Positions 12,118 to 25,834 of a DNA stretch of 64,000 bases are shown here, in pieces. The DNA comes from Octopus sinensis (Eukaryota): the NCBI RefSeq assembly GCF_006345805.1, contig NC_043007.1:66278001-66342000 (forward strand). The letters are read 5' to 3'. The position numbers and the translations under genes were made by a program. The notes below the pieces were generated by a model. That model had not been told where the DNA came from and did no database searches. It saw only the letters and a program-made list of their open reading frames with translations. Positions within the stretch are counted from its first letter, which is position 1. The number at the start of each line of letters is the position of its first letter.

Positions 12118-12260
12118 CGGTGGAGTGACGATTTCAAGAGGACGATTGGGATCACGTGGATGAGAAAGGCGCGATCCAGAGAGGAGTGGACAGCGTGCTG
12201 TGACCAGCGGTGTCAAATGGACGCCTGACGGAGTGGTCGGTCAAAGTGATCAAAGTGACA
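12118..12260 (+). mobile_element. RTE-clade LINE extreme 3' end (5'-truncated)
   Basis: In frame RWSDDFKRTIGITWMRKARSREEWTACCDQRCQMDA*, the RTE ORF C-terminal W-S-D..W..A..R..W pattern, followed by a short UTR with tandem (tcaaagtga)2 tail. Confidence 0.7.
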
Positions 12261-12280
12261 TATATATATATACATATATT

Positions 12281-12381
12281 AAATCAAAATAAGCAACAAG
12301 ATATCCAGAGGTGATGCAGTACGACCGTTTCAAGCGCTCGTACTGCATCACCTCTGGATATCCTGTTGCTTATTTTGATTT
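12281..12381. repeat. 44-bp hairpin (inverted duplication) containing the 3' half of a hammerhead
   Basis: Arms 12281-12324 and 12338-12381 (1 mismatch). The loop read on the minus strand gives gcgctt-GAAA-c-g-GTC|gtactgc. Confidence 0.85.
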
Positions 12382-12485
12382 TATTCACCTTATTTTGAAG
12401 TTGTGCGGTCAATACACTAATTTTTGGTGCTTCAATTTAAGTACCTAATTCATCTGAATCTCAATTGTTTTGCGTTTTATATATA

Positions 12486-12531
<46 letters not shown>

Positions 12532-12554
12532 TATATATATATATATATAATATA

Positions 12555-12589
<35 letters not shown>

Positions 12590-12884
12590 ACATATATATA
12601 TATATATAATTTTTGTCTGTCTACATACATATACATACGCACATAAATTTATGATGTAGTCAGTATTAGAAACAACATCAAAAAATATCTGATATAGTTC
12701 ACAAAAGTTATATTTTTTTTGAAGTAGAATCTTACATTTTGAAATGGTTTGTCTGTCTGTATGCCATGATTGATTGATTCTAGTTTCAGCTTATGAGCTG
12801 TGGCCATGCTGGGGCACCGCCATTAGGTATGTATCTATATTATATATATATATATCTATATATATATATATATATATATAATAC

Positions 12885-12935
<51 letters not shown>

Positions 12936-12964
12936 ATATATCGTCCTCCCGTCTCCCCCGCACC

Positions 12965-14530
12965 AGCATCAACCTAATTGTGCGAACCCCACGTACCCCC
13001 ACCATTTACTTCCTCCCCAAAATCCACAAACCCAACAACCCTGGCCGCCCCATCGTCCGCCTCTGTAACTGCCCCACGGAGCTCATCTAAATACCTCGAC
13101 CGTGTCCTTGCCCCCCTAGTGGCATCTCTTCCCTCCACATCCACGATACCAACCATGCTCTCCGGCTTTTCAACTCTTTCTCATTTCCTCCGGCTCCTCC
13201 AAAATCCTTTTTACTATGGACATCAAAGCCTCTATACTGTTATCCCTCACCACGAAGGACTGCAGGCCTTCGACACTTTCTTGACCTCCGCTCTAACCCT
13301 GTACCTGACACCTCCACACTCATTCGTCTGGCCGAACTTGTCCTTACTCTGAACTGCTTCTCGTTCGCGGGCGAGTTCTACCATCAGGTCTCGGGAGTGG
13401 CCATGGGAACGCGAATGGGCCCCAACTATGCGAACCTGTTCGTTGGCTATGTTGAGGCCCAAATATTCTCTAATTTCACTGGTCCCACTCCTGAACTATA
13501 TGGTCGTTACATTGACGACATTATCGGTGCCACCTCACTCTCCCGCGAACATCTAGATTCCTCCTCTCTTTCGTCCAATCTTTCCATCCAGCCCTCCACT
13601 TCACTTCCACTATCTCCAACACCTCTGTCTCCTTCTCGACATTTCGGTTAGCATTCTTCACTCCACTCTTACCACCTCCATTCACTACAAACACACAGAC
13701 TCACACTCATACCTAAACTTCTCTTCCTCCCACCCAGAACACACCAAGCTTTCCATCCCCTATTCCCAATTCCTCCGTCTACGTAGGCTTGTAGTGACGA
13801 CCATGACTTTGAGACTCAGTCTCAAACGTATGGCTCACCACTTCACCCTACGTGGATACCCCCTCACCACTATCCACACCGCCCTTGCCAGAGCACGGTC
13901 CGTGGACCGTGTATCTGCTCTCTCTCCCGAACCCACCCTGTAGTCTCCCGCCTCCCTTTTCCCCCCTCACTTACCACCCCACGACCCTACGTCTCCAACG
14001 CACCATTCTTCGAGCTTTCCGTCATCTCCAGTCCGACCCGTCCACTCACACCTTCCCTAACCGACCCCTCCCCTCTTTCAAACGAGCCCACAACCTTCGA
14101 GACCTTTTGGTCCATAGCTCCTTCCCTGACCCTACCTCCCAACCGGCTCGTTCCCCTGCTCCCGCCCACGTTGCCGCACTTGCCCTTACCTCTCCAACAC
14201 CACCCGCCTCATTAGCACCCACCATCGACCCTATCCCATCATCCACTCCTTCACCTGCACTCCAGCAATATTATCTATTGCATCTCTTGCTCTCTCTGCA
14301 ATTCCTTGTACATCGGACAAACGGGACGCCGCTGGCTGGCCGGTTCGCGGAACACCTTCGTGACATCCACCTTGCGAACGACACACCGGTCTCACGCCAT
14401 TTCCGCTCCACCGGTCACTCCTTGCAACACCTATCTGTGTTCGGTTGGTCCTTACACAGAGGCCATCCGGATTCCCGTTTGCGCCGTGTGAACAGGAATA
14501 ATCTTCCTCTTCTCTTTTATACGCCATTTC
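12965..14530 (+). pseudogene. PLE reverse transcriptase/GIY-YIG ORF, frameshifted in this assembly
   Basis: Motifs across frames: IYFLPKIHKPNNPGRPIV; MDIKSLYTVIP; VAMGTRMGPNYANLFVG; YGRYIDDI; IHYKHTDSHSYL; IPYSQFLRLRR; RGYP; RAHNLRDLLVHS; YIGQTGRRLAGRFAEHLRDI..PVSRHF. Confidence 0.93.
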
Positions 14531-14859
14531 GTCTCAACTCTCATCTACTCCCCTCTCCCCCTCCTCACCTATCCTTTCCCCGACCCTACTTCTTCAGTCC
14601 TTCATCCTTTCACCCCTACTCCCCTTCCCTTCTTCCTCTTTCTCCCTCCCTCTTCCCCTTCCCTCTGCTCCCTCACTCCTCTCTCCCCTTCTCTCTCCCC
14701 CTCTCCCTCTTTCCTTCTTATCCCCTCCTCCCCCATCCTCTCCTATTCCCCTCTCCTCCCCCTCTTCTTCCCCTCCCCTTCTCTCCCCCTCTTCTCCCCC
14801 TCCCCTCTTCTCCTCACTACACCACATGACTTTACACATCACATCACATATGATGTGCC

Positions 14860-15190
14860 ATACTAATACACACACCAACTAATACTACATACTAATACGT
14901 ACTAATACATACTAGTACATACTAATACATACACCAACCCTATACATACACACGTCCAGACCCCGCATACGCCCTTATACTCTCTCATACACACACACAC
15001 ACACTTATACATACCTAATACGTACTAATACATACTAATACATACACCAACCCCATACATACGCACGTCCAGACCAATCCTACGCACTAATACTCTCTCA
15101 TACACACACACACCACACACACCCTTATACATACTAATACATACACCAACCCTATACATACACACATCCAGACCCCTCCTACGCACTATT
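14860..15190 (+). repeat. ~105-110 bp tandem repeat (~2.6 copies) in the PLE 3' region
   Basis: The string tactaatacatacaccaaccc(t/c)atacatac..acgtccagacc recurs near 14920, 15030 and 15131. Confidence 0.8.
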
Positions 15191-15354
15191 AGCTGGTCCC
15201 TCACCCTTTTATCAACCCTATTATCTCCCCTTATTTCGCTCTCGCGTCTCAAGTTTGATCTTTGACCTCTGCCCGAAATCAGATCGCCATTGGATTCGTT
15301 AGCTACTGCACCATTTTTTTCTCTCCTTCTTTCTGTGTGTTTCTCTCTCTGGTA

Positions 15355-15392
15355 TCTTTCTGTTGAAGAGCGTAGGCTCGAAACGTTAAAGA
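15355..15392 (+). ncRNA. Minimal type I hammerhead-like motif with A6U core (PLE-associated)
   Basis: TCTTT-CTGTTGA-A-GAGC-GTAG-GCTC-GAAA-CGTT-AAAGA: stem I 5 bp, stem II 4 bp, palindromic stem III. Activity is untested. Confidence 0.6.
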
Positions 15393-15492
15393 CTTGTTTA
15401 TTTACATTTCCTGAGCGCCATACTATACAAATGTTCGTTTGTTTTCCACCTGCCTTCGTCTTTGTTATTTTCATAAAGCTTCCCGTATATTT

Positions 15493-15611
<119 letters not shown>

Positions 15612-15633
15612 GTTTGTACATGGATATGCATGT

Positions 15634-15681
<48 letters not shown>

Positions 15682-17094
15682 TATTCTTATGTTTTCTTTC
15701 TAGTTCATTCATGTCTTCTGTTTTTTCGGCGCGTAAAAATAGATTACTGGAATTTCTAAAGGGGAGATATTCTTTTATCTCACGTTGGCATCGTGGTTTG
15801 TTTATAAAGTTTTACTTCTTTTGTGAGGTTGATAACGTCTGTCTGGAATGGTTGCATGTCCTTCCATTTCGTACACTTTAATACACTACATTTTGTATTA
15901 TTTATTCATTTTTTTTTTTGTCATAAACATTTTTATGTATAGTGCTCTGAAAGGCACAGCTATTTTCTTCAAAGAGTTGGTATTTGGGTGTTTCTCCATC
16001 TCTTTAACCAAATAGTCTCTGCATACTCGAAGTTGTCTACTAACTGACAATTGCTCTGACTACCTGAAGGTTCTGTGCACCCACAAACGAAACTCAAAGC
16101 AGCAAGACTAACTCGACTAAAAGAATGCACACACACGCGCGCGCACACACACACGAACACACACGCAGGCACACACGAACACACACACACACACATTCTT
16201 ACACATTCACATACACACTTACACATATCTGTGAGAAATTTCCCATGCGCTTATATGCTTCGTCGTTGGTATAGAGATGATACAGTCGAGGCTTTAGCAT
16301 ATATCTATAGACTTTAGCAAGCACTGTATGTAACAGACAAATGTAAACGTCTTGTCTGTATATGAATATAATAAATTTATATATTCGTGAACACAGAAAG
16401 ACGTATCGATCATACGATTGTCAATTCTATATTGGGATTTCATCAACAAACGAGTATCATTGAAAACATTATTGATAAACTCTCTATAACTAATTGATTA
16501 GACATAATGTATATAAACGCATTCTTGGCAGTTACATTAATAAAATATTTGCACGTTCGGAGTTTTTTAGTTTAACTGATTTAGTTAAATAATATTTCTG
16601 TTTATTCGATTAACTGACGAATTTTAAAATAGTAGGTTGTAAGCAGTGTTTCCAGGAATAGTTAAAGAGTGAACTTAGTTCTTTGAAACAAGTTCAGCTG
16701 ACCCCATGTTTTTTCCTCTCCGTTGAAATACTGTTTTAACAAATAACTTTTTATTATATAGGGTGCAGTATTCACTCTATATTGAGTGAGAAAACGGTAT
16801 GGACGGATTTTTGGAGTCCAATAATACCCTGTACACCTATTTGATAATGAAGATTTACAAACATGCTTTCTCAGTGATACTCAGTTTACCCACCATTATA
16901 AATAATACCAAATGTTCTTTCTCAGACCTTTCATAATGTGATACAAATCTTTGGTGTAGCAATTTCATGCGGCTGAGGAGGGCTTTAAACTATCTGTTAT
17001 GTTGATTATACATTGATGTAAGAATATGTTTGTTTTATAAAGCTCGAAACAGTGTACCGCGACATCCTTTGTGTTCTGTTTTTTATTTCATTTG

Positions 17095-17193
<99 letters not shown>

Positions 17194-17218
17194 CATACAT
17201 ACTACATACATACATACA

Positions 17219-17250
<32 letters not shown>

Positions 17251-18203
17251 ATGCCTATCCTTGTTTCAAGAAAAGTGGAGGAACTGTTAAAATATCCAAA
17301 ATATGAAAATATAAAATCTCTCATCAAAGATTTGTAAATATCAGCAACAATAACAATATTAATGAACGGAAAACAATCCTTGAGATTTATATTTCTTTAA
17401 TGAAGGATAATATATTTTCATAATTAAGGTATGCGACAGCTCCACTTGCTCCTTTGCTGAGATATGTTGGAAATATTTTAGAAAAACCTAAATATAATTA
17501 ACGACAACTTGAATGCTAAATAATTATGAAATAGTATAACAAAAATGTCTGCCATAGAAATTATTCTTTGTTACAAGTTTTTACCTTCCATATAAAACAT
17601 TTAATCTTTATAATTTTCCTGCAATGTTAAAGATTATCGACCAACCGGATGAAGATATATCGACATTCGATCACATAAAAAAATAATGGTTTTAATAACT
17701 AAAATATGTATATTAGCACTAAACATAGGGGATTTCACGAAAATTTAAAGAATCCTAATCAGTTATATTCACGCATGTATAAAGCAGTTTAAGCGCTGAT
17801 TATTTATTTAAAATATGTGACCGTAGCTAGTGCTTCATATTTACATTGTCTCCGGGTTCAAGGCAATAATGACATTGCTTCATGCTGATTTATATCCCCC
17901 CCACACACATACACAGGCACGCACACGCGCGCGCACACTTACACACACATTGTAAGAAGCATACATACATACCTACAATCACATAAAAGTTTCATTCTAC
18001 AGAAATTCGGAAGCAATACATATACGTATATATATATATATAATATATATATATATTTTTTACATGTACGTAATTTTATATATATGTGTTTGTGTTTGTG
18101 CGTGTTGTGTGTGTGTTACATGCATATATTCATAGGCATATATATATATATAATATATATAAGTATATGTATATAAATATATATATATATAATATATCTA
18201 TAT

Positions 18204-18278
<75 letters not shown>

Positions 18279-18585
18279 ATACATAGTTCATAGAGCCTTC
18301 ATTTCCGTGCCTCCAAGAGGATTTTCATTTATTGTCAACAAACTTTTCAAATTACTTTTATCTCTTGTATTTATCTCCACAATATTGAAATATTTCCGTG
18401 TTTTCCTTCCTTCCTCTCTTTTTTTCCTATTTTTTTCTTCTCTCGTTTCATCTTGACGCTTCTTATATTTATTCCTGATATTTTTTGCCCTTCAAAACCG
18501 AAATTGTCTTCTCATTCAGTTCTTATTCCTTAATTTAAAACAATTTTTACAAACACGTAGATATTTTCTCATGCCTTTTTCTCTA

Positions 18586-18628
<43 letters not shown>

Positions 18629-19118
18629 AGCCTTCTTACACCATCTTTCACATTCAATACCATACATACATATAAACGACAAATATTTATATAATATTTA
18701 TTATACAATATAGTATATGTGTATATATACATAAATAGCTACACGTATATGCATATATATATATACATACGTGCGTACATAGATACACATATACATACAT
18801 ACTTGTAACTACATTTGAGTATACATACACGCACACGCGTGTACGAACGCACACTTAATAGCATATTTAGAAACTGCTGAATAAGTATACAAGCGTTTTT
18901 TATGTGTCCGTATGTGAAATGTTTTTATAGGTTTACAAACAAGGGAACAAAGAAGAGAAGACTCAATACTTGAAATATAGAATTTTATTTATTCGCTTAT
19001 TTACTTATTTATCCCTTCATTCCAAGCCGTAGCCTCGCTGATTTGGCTTCGTGTGTGAGTGTGTGTATGTGTGTGTATAATATATAGTATTCATATAGTA
19101 CATATATATATTATATAC

Positions 19119-19181
<63 letters not shown>

Positions 19182-19232
19182 CATAGACTTTCATATATAT
19201 ACACCATGCATGTTTGCCTGTCTATATGTATG

Positions 19233-19279
<47 letters not shown>

Positions 19280-19467
19280 TATGTATGTATGTATGTATGT
19301 ATACATGCTTAAGCGTGTGATTGCATAGATGCATTCAATTATTCCTTCTCCCAATTAGAACTCTGTGCTATATTATTTGCACGTCTTCTTGCACCATAAA
19401 CATTTGCATTGCAAGCCGTGTCAAAGGAACCACCCGCGTGAAAAAACTAGCAATATGATGGTGATGA

Positions 19468-19583
<116 letters not shown>

Positions 19584-20321
19584 GTAAATCTTTTTTTGTG
19601 AAAATAAAAAAAACACAAACTCTCTTGTATTCGAGTTTATCCGCTAGAGTGGTATATAATTTTTCTTGTTAAAGTTCGCTCCCTAAGGAACGGTTTTTAT
19701 ATCTCTACCTATTTTTTTTTCAAATTGTTTCCATTCACCCCCAGACCTCTTTCAAAATAAGCTACCCGCCTCCATCGACTCTCACCCCCACACTCATCGC
19801 ATTTTATATCCCTATCCTTGAAACAGCAGATATGTTGTATAAATACATACGTAGCTACTTACATACATGCATACATATACACACACATACATATATATGC
19901 CTATATATGTGTACATATATACATTTACATATATACTTAGTATGTACATATATGTGTATATATATATATATATGTATGTATATATATATATATACAGACA
20001 CAACAACAAACTAAATAAAACAATCAGTTCCGTCATCATTATATTAACCCTCTCATTTCCAGAATGTATAAACACATACAACTGGCAGCCACGAACACTC
20101 AAACATGTATACATGCATACATACACACATGCATACACACATATGCATACATACACACACACGCACACACACACGCTCACACACACGCGCACACACACAC
20201 ACATATATATATTAATATATATATACATACATATATATATGAATATATATATATACATACATATATATATGTATATATATATTTATGTGTGTATATATAT
20301 ATGTATATATATATATGTATA

Positions 20322-20368
<47 letters not shown>

Positions 20369-20624
20369 TGTGTGTGTGTGTGTGTGTGTGTGTGTATAGG
20401 GAGAGTACAAACAGATGTATTAGTATAACGCTCAGGATATTGAGAGAGTCTTTTACGTTTCGAGCCTAAAACGAACGTATGGATGTATATAGATCATATG
20501 ATGGCTTAGCAGGACGAAACGTCGAAGTTACTGTCAATAACATTTCTCATAAAAAATGTACTCAACTAAATACTCTTGAGTAATTATTCAATTTAAAGTA
20601 AACTTGTTATTATAACTGAATATA

Positions 20625-20775
20625 AGGCGTCGAACTGGCAGAATCATTATGGCGCCAGCCAAATTGCTTAGCGGTATTTTGACCATCTTTAAGTTATGTG
20701 TTTAGAATTCCGCTAACGCCGATTTTGCCTTTCATCCTTTCGAGGTCGCCCCTTTCCCAAAATTTGAGGCTTTGC
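20625..20775 (+). mobile_element. Family A SINE, old copy
   Basis: ggcgtcgaactggcagaatc...gattttgcctttcatcctttcgaggtcg. Confidence 0.65.
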
Positions 20776-21119
20776 ACCTCTTGTATAAAAGATTACAACG
20801 TAAGTACAAACAATACACGCGCGCGCAATTGTTTGCAGGAACCTGTAGAATCAGGGTATTATTTTTACTAAAGTTATCATGGACTTTCTCGATTGTTGCT
20901 GAGATTAAGGGAGTCAAAATACATTTTAAATTATGTCCAAATCTTAAGTGTTAAACTTTATATTGAAATTTAAATTCACCTGAAGAAAACGGCTTTTGTC
21001 ATGATGCAGTTGATTCGTTCAAGTAAAAAAAAAACCTATAACAGCTGCAGTGAACCTCAGCCTATTATGTTTTCATATATTTATGGATATATACATACAT
21101 ATACATACACATACATACA

Positions 21120-21151
<32 letters not shown>

Positions 21152-21186
21152 CATATACATATATATATATATAAATATATATATGT

Positions 21187-21380
21187 AACGTGAAAGTTTA
21201 CGAAAATAAACAAAAGACGAAGGCAGGTGGAGTACAAACAAACAAATGTATTAGAATAGAAATAGAAATAGAATAGAAATAGAAATAGAAAAAGTCTTTT
21301 ACATTTCGAGCCTACGCTCTTCGACAGAAAGATACACAGAAAAAACAAGGAGAGAAAAAAATGCGTGTAGGAGCTAACGA
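21187..21380 (-). mobile_element. PLE solo pLTR with HHR-like motif (21295-21332, core CTGTCGA)
   Basis: Homologous to 15290-15485; minus strand tcttt-ctgtcga-a-gagcgtaggctc-gaaa-tgta-aaaga; abuts (TA)n. Confidence 0.8.
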
Positions 21381-21562
21381 TGTATATATATATTTATATA
21401 TATATAAATTCATACGTGTATACATTTGCGCTAATCTTACAACATTAAGAGTATTTTAACTTTAATTTTAGCAATGTTGGTGCTTTCACATCCTTAGTCA
21501 CACTTAGAGATCATTGAAACCTATACACACACGCGCGCACGCACACGCACGTACACACATAT

Positions 21563-21607
<45 letters not shown>

Positions 21608-21779
21608 CAATATATATATATATATATATATATATTTAGGTATGCATATATATATATATATACACCTATGTATATATATAGATACACATATATATATTAT
21701 GTCATATCATGCTATTTTACATAATATTGAGGCCTCATTCATTCTTTTGTTGTCATATTATTATTATTAATATATTTAC

Positions 21780-21821
<42 letters not shown>

Positions 21822-21850
21822 GTGTGTGTATAGACACATATACACCGCCC

Positions 21851-21898
<48 letters not shown>

Positions 21899-22520
21899 GA
21901 TTATATATATATATAAAATATATATATATATAAAATATATAGGAATACCTCAATTTAAGTTCTTTGGAGTTACGTTTTTGCCGACGTTACCTCATTTTTT
22001 TTTTAAGAAATTAGTGGGAAGAGTAAACCTTAATTTCAATCGATTTATCAGATTTTACATCGGTTTCAGTGAACATATTTGAAAGCGTAAATATTTTTAA
22101 AAAGCATCTAAAAACCAATATTGAAGTGGAAATCAAATAAAATACACGTGAAAAATATATACGTACAATTTATTAAAATGGTTATCGGGTAATAAAGGTT
22201 TTGAAATGTTTTTATGTGCAACGTTGTTTTCCAGTTAAATTGCTTGTCATGGAACCAATCATCGACATTAATTGAGGAATGCCTGTGCACACACACATCC
22301 ACGCACACACACGCACACACACATACACAGTTACACCCAGAAGTACGCATATAAACACATGCAATCGCACACATACAAATGCATATATACACATGCATAT
22401 TAACATATCAATGCATATGAATATATATATATATATATATTATATTATACATATATATGTATACATAACTAAATGCATATATAAATTCACACACAAGTAT
22501 ATATATATATACATACATAC

Positions 22521-22576
<56 letters not shown>

Positions 22577-23324
22577 GGAGGAATACAGTATCAGAGAGAA
22601 AAAGAGGGAATAGATAGATAGATAGAGAGAGAGAGAGTGAGAAAGAGAAAGAGAGAGAGAGAGAGAACTGTAACCCTTCATTTCTCACCCTTTCGCTATT
22701 TGCTTTCACATCTTAATTTGCATGCATCTTTAAGAACTTAAGACCTCACTAAACACTTGTCCAGCTTACTTCTTGTTTCATTATTCATTTTCTTATAGTC
22801 TCTTCAATCATTTAGTCAATTATTTATTTATTCATGTCTCTCTCTTTTTCACCATCTACCACTGTATCCAATAAACAAACTTTCACTCAATTTAACTATA
22901 AAAAAGATAAATGAATCTACCTTTGTGGTAGCCATGATTTCAAAGTTATCTTTAAATACTTCATTCAGCCATCATCGATAGGACCACTTTCGGACACGTA
23001 ACAGCTGAAGTTTTTTCATCGCTAATTCGGAAGTTATTCTGAAGGCACATATTACAAACTGCTACTTAACATATCTAATAAAGACCGTCTCTTCTGAAAA
23101 CTATGGAGATAAAATTTGACATGTGGCGACAAACTGAAAATAACTCAGTTCACTTTTTATTTGTTAAGAATTGTGGTTGGTAGGTTGGTAAATGATCTAG
23201 TATTTTCCCGTAAAACAGAAGGAGCTCTAAGTAATTTGGAACATTTCTCTTAAAATTTAGTGATTTGGTTGGAGTAATGCTTCTGTTTCTGCCCTAACTA
23301 TTTATCTTTCAATATGCATTGAAT

Positions 23325-23530
23325 GTAAGGTGGCGATCTGTATTGAGTGTAAGGTGGCGATCTTAGTAGTATTTCGTCCGTTTTTATGTTCAAATTCCGC
23401 TGCGGTTGATTTTGCCTTTCATCGTTTCGGGGTCGCTAAAATAAATATCAGTTGAGCACTGGGGCCGATGTAATCGACTTAGTCTCTTCCCCCAAACTTG
23501 CTGCCTTGTGCCAAAAATTGAAAGCAATAC
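23325..23530 (+). mobile_element. Family A SINE, old copy (A2 tail)
   Basis: gttcaaattccgctgcggttgattttgcctttcatcgtttcggggtcg...gccttgtgccaaaaattgaaagc. Confidence 0.7.
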
Positions 23531-25834
23531 TTATTGAATGTGAACATTCTCAGCCTACATCATTAATAGTCAAATTAATAATAAATGTAAAATGAAAATT
23601 ATTCGAAATTCACTCGGAAGAAACTGAGAGGGTGATACTAAATAAGAAACGACGGGTTTAATTCAATAATAATAACAATAATAAAATGATTGTAAGATAC
23701 CCAAACAAGGTATGCGATAAAAGAAAAAGATATGTGAATGGATTTCAACTTGTCACATGTTATAAGGGATATTTAATTTCCATCACATATGTGCTAATTA
23801 GTTTTACGGACCTGTGTCCAGTCTTGACGGATAAAAAACGATAAACTTATAACAGATGAAAATTTTGCGATAGATTCTACGTGACGAACGGGCCCAAGAA
23901 TGGGCCAATACGTGTAGCACAATAGGGGTCGGAAATAATGAGGAGCTCTAAAAGAGTAAATGACTAGACTTCAGTGAAGAATTTTTTTTTTGTTACCTTA
24001 CCGTAAAGCTAGGATTAACTTATCGTCAGTGCACACAATTTATTCAATTATGTGAAATATATTAGTGTATACACTGTACACAAACTTTACAACAGTAAAT
24101 ACGATTGACAAGGCCTTGACCGAAACGTCGAGACTCACCTCTCCTCGCGGCACAAGAACTTGTCGTTTTTTTGTTTTACTTTTCTTAAAAAATGAGAAAA
24201 AAACACGTTTTCATTGCTTAATGTAGATACATGCATAGGTGGTGACTAATATTGTAAAATGACAGGCTGACAGAGTGACACAAACAGACAGACAACCCAA
24301 GGAGACAGAGATGAGGGAGACATCCTGCCATTAAGACGTTGGATGTGGTCTCTCTGTTGACTGGGGATCGGCGTGACAGAAGTGCGGTGAGGTATATTTG
24401 AAAAATAACAATCTCTTAAGAATTTTTCTCATTTTCTATTCTTTCTACCCCCACCGTCAGAACCAATGCGTTCAAAAAGATTCAAACTCAACCTCATCTC
24501 CCCACTACATGTACCTCACTGAAATTATATCAATTAAATGCTTAAAACTTCAAGTGATGCCCCAGCGGTTATGTATCATTTGTTAATCATTGATATTATA
24601 CGGATCTTAGACGGCTATAAAACACCAAGAAAAATATCAGAAATGCGTTTTAAACATAGAAATTCACCGTTTAATTTATACTTTTATGTATTCCGTATAG
24701 TTATATGTACTGGTTGTACACACATACACACACATGTGAAATATACACACGTATACACACACACACATACACATATATATATATATATATATACAAATGC
24801 ATTCATAAATATATATGCATATGAATATATATTGTATATACTAGCGTATATGAAAGCAATATGCATGTATTCACACACACACACACATACCCACGCGCGC
24901 GCACACACACAAACACACACACGCACATACACATATATATGCATATAAATATATATTATCATTTAAAAAGCGTATATGAATGCATTATGTATGTATACAC
25001 ACACACACACACACACACACATAGTTGTATATAAATGTATACGCATCCATACCTTTATAACTGCTTAGCCTGTGTATATATATCAGTGTAGAGTGTATTG
25101 TATCTGTGTGTGTTAACATGAGAAGTGAGAGAATAGGTGGGAGTAAGGACAAGAGAGTAAAAACCGTTCTCTCTTTAGAGCCCACTAACACCCTCGGGTT
25201 CAGCAAATATTTAATATACGCACACACACATATACTCTCTCCCTCTTACTCTCTCACTCTCTCTCACACATGTATTCATAGGAGGCATGCATATATTTTG
25301 AAATTCTCTTCACATGTATATAATTATTGATGTATATCATTATATACACATTTATGATTACAATATACATATATATCTGTATGTGTGTATCTGTGTGCGT
25401 GTGCGCATAAACGTATATAAGTGTGAATATGTGCATGTCTTTGAGTGTGTGTGCGTGTATGTAAGTACATACACACATATATATGTACTCACAGACAAGT
25501 AATGTAAAAAAACAAAGCTAAAATAGCTTGCACTGCAGGAGATACCCTTCTTCAGTTGCCAACTGCAAATCATAGCCATTTTAGCCGCCCTTCAGCGATA
25601 CTTAGCAGTATTGATAGTACTTGAAAACGTCCAGTTTTATTTTGTTCTGCATAAGTAACATGTTTTATTTTCTGTTATCCATTAATCCACCACTAAGCAC
25701 CGGGTGCAGCTGTAACCACTCCAACCTAATACCTGCGTAGTTGACTGTGATCTCGATTTCACATAAATATGAAAACATCGCTTTGGCTTCATGGAATAAT
25801 TCTTTTTGAGATTGGCATAATGCCAGCTATTTCA

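Larger units (their letters stand above)
12941..15485 (+). mobile_element. Penelope-like retroelement, near full length (RT + GIY-YIG endonuclease + pLTR)
   Basis: Coding body about 12965-14530, polypyrimidine tract 14530-14820, tandem repeats 14860-15190, pLTR 15190-15485 with HHR-like motif; embedded in (TA)n on both sides. Confidence 0.93.

Noticed and set aside
15890-16060. Minus frame RQLRVCRDYLVKEMEKHPNTNSLKK
   Set aside because: No good acceptor or donor and no homology recognised.
22920-23080. Minus-strand exon-like segment ending ATGGCTACCACAAAG|gtagat
   Set aside because: All frames from the acceptors contain stops; a five-codon start exon cannot be supported without transcripts.
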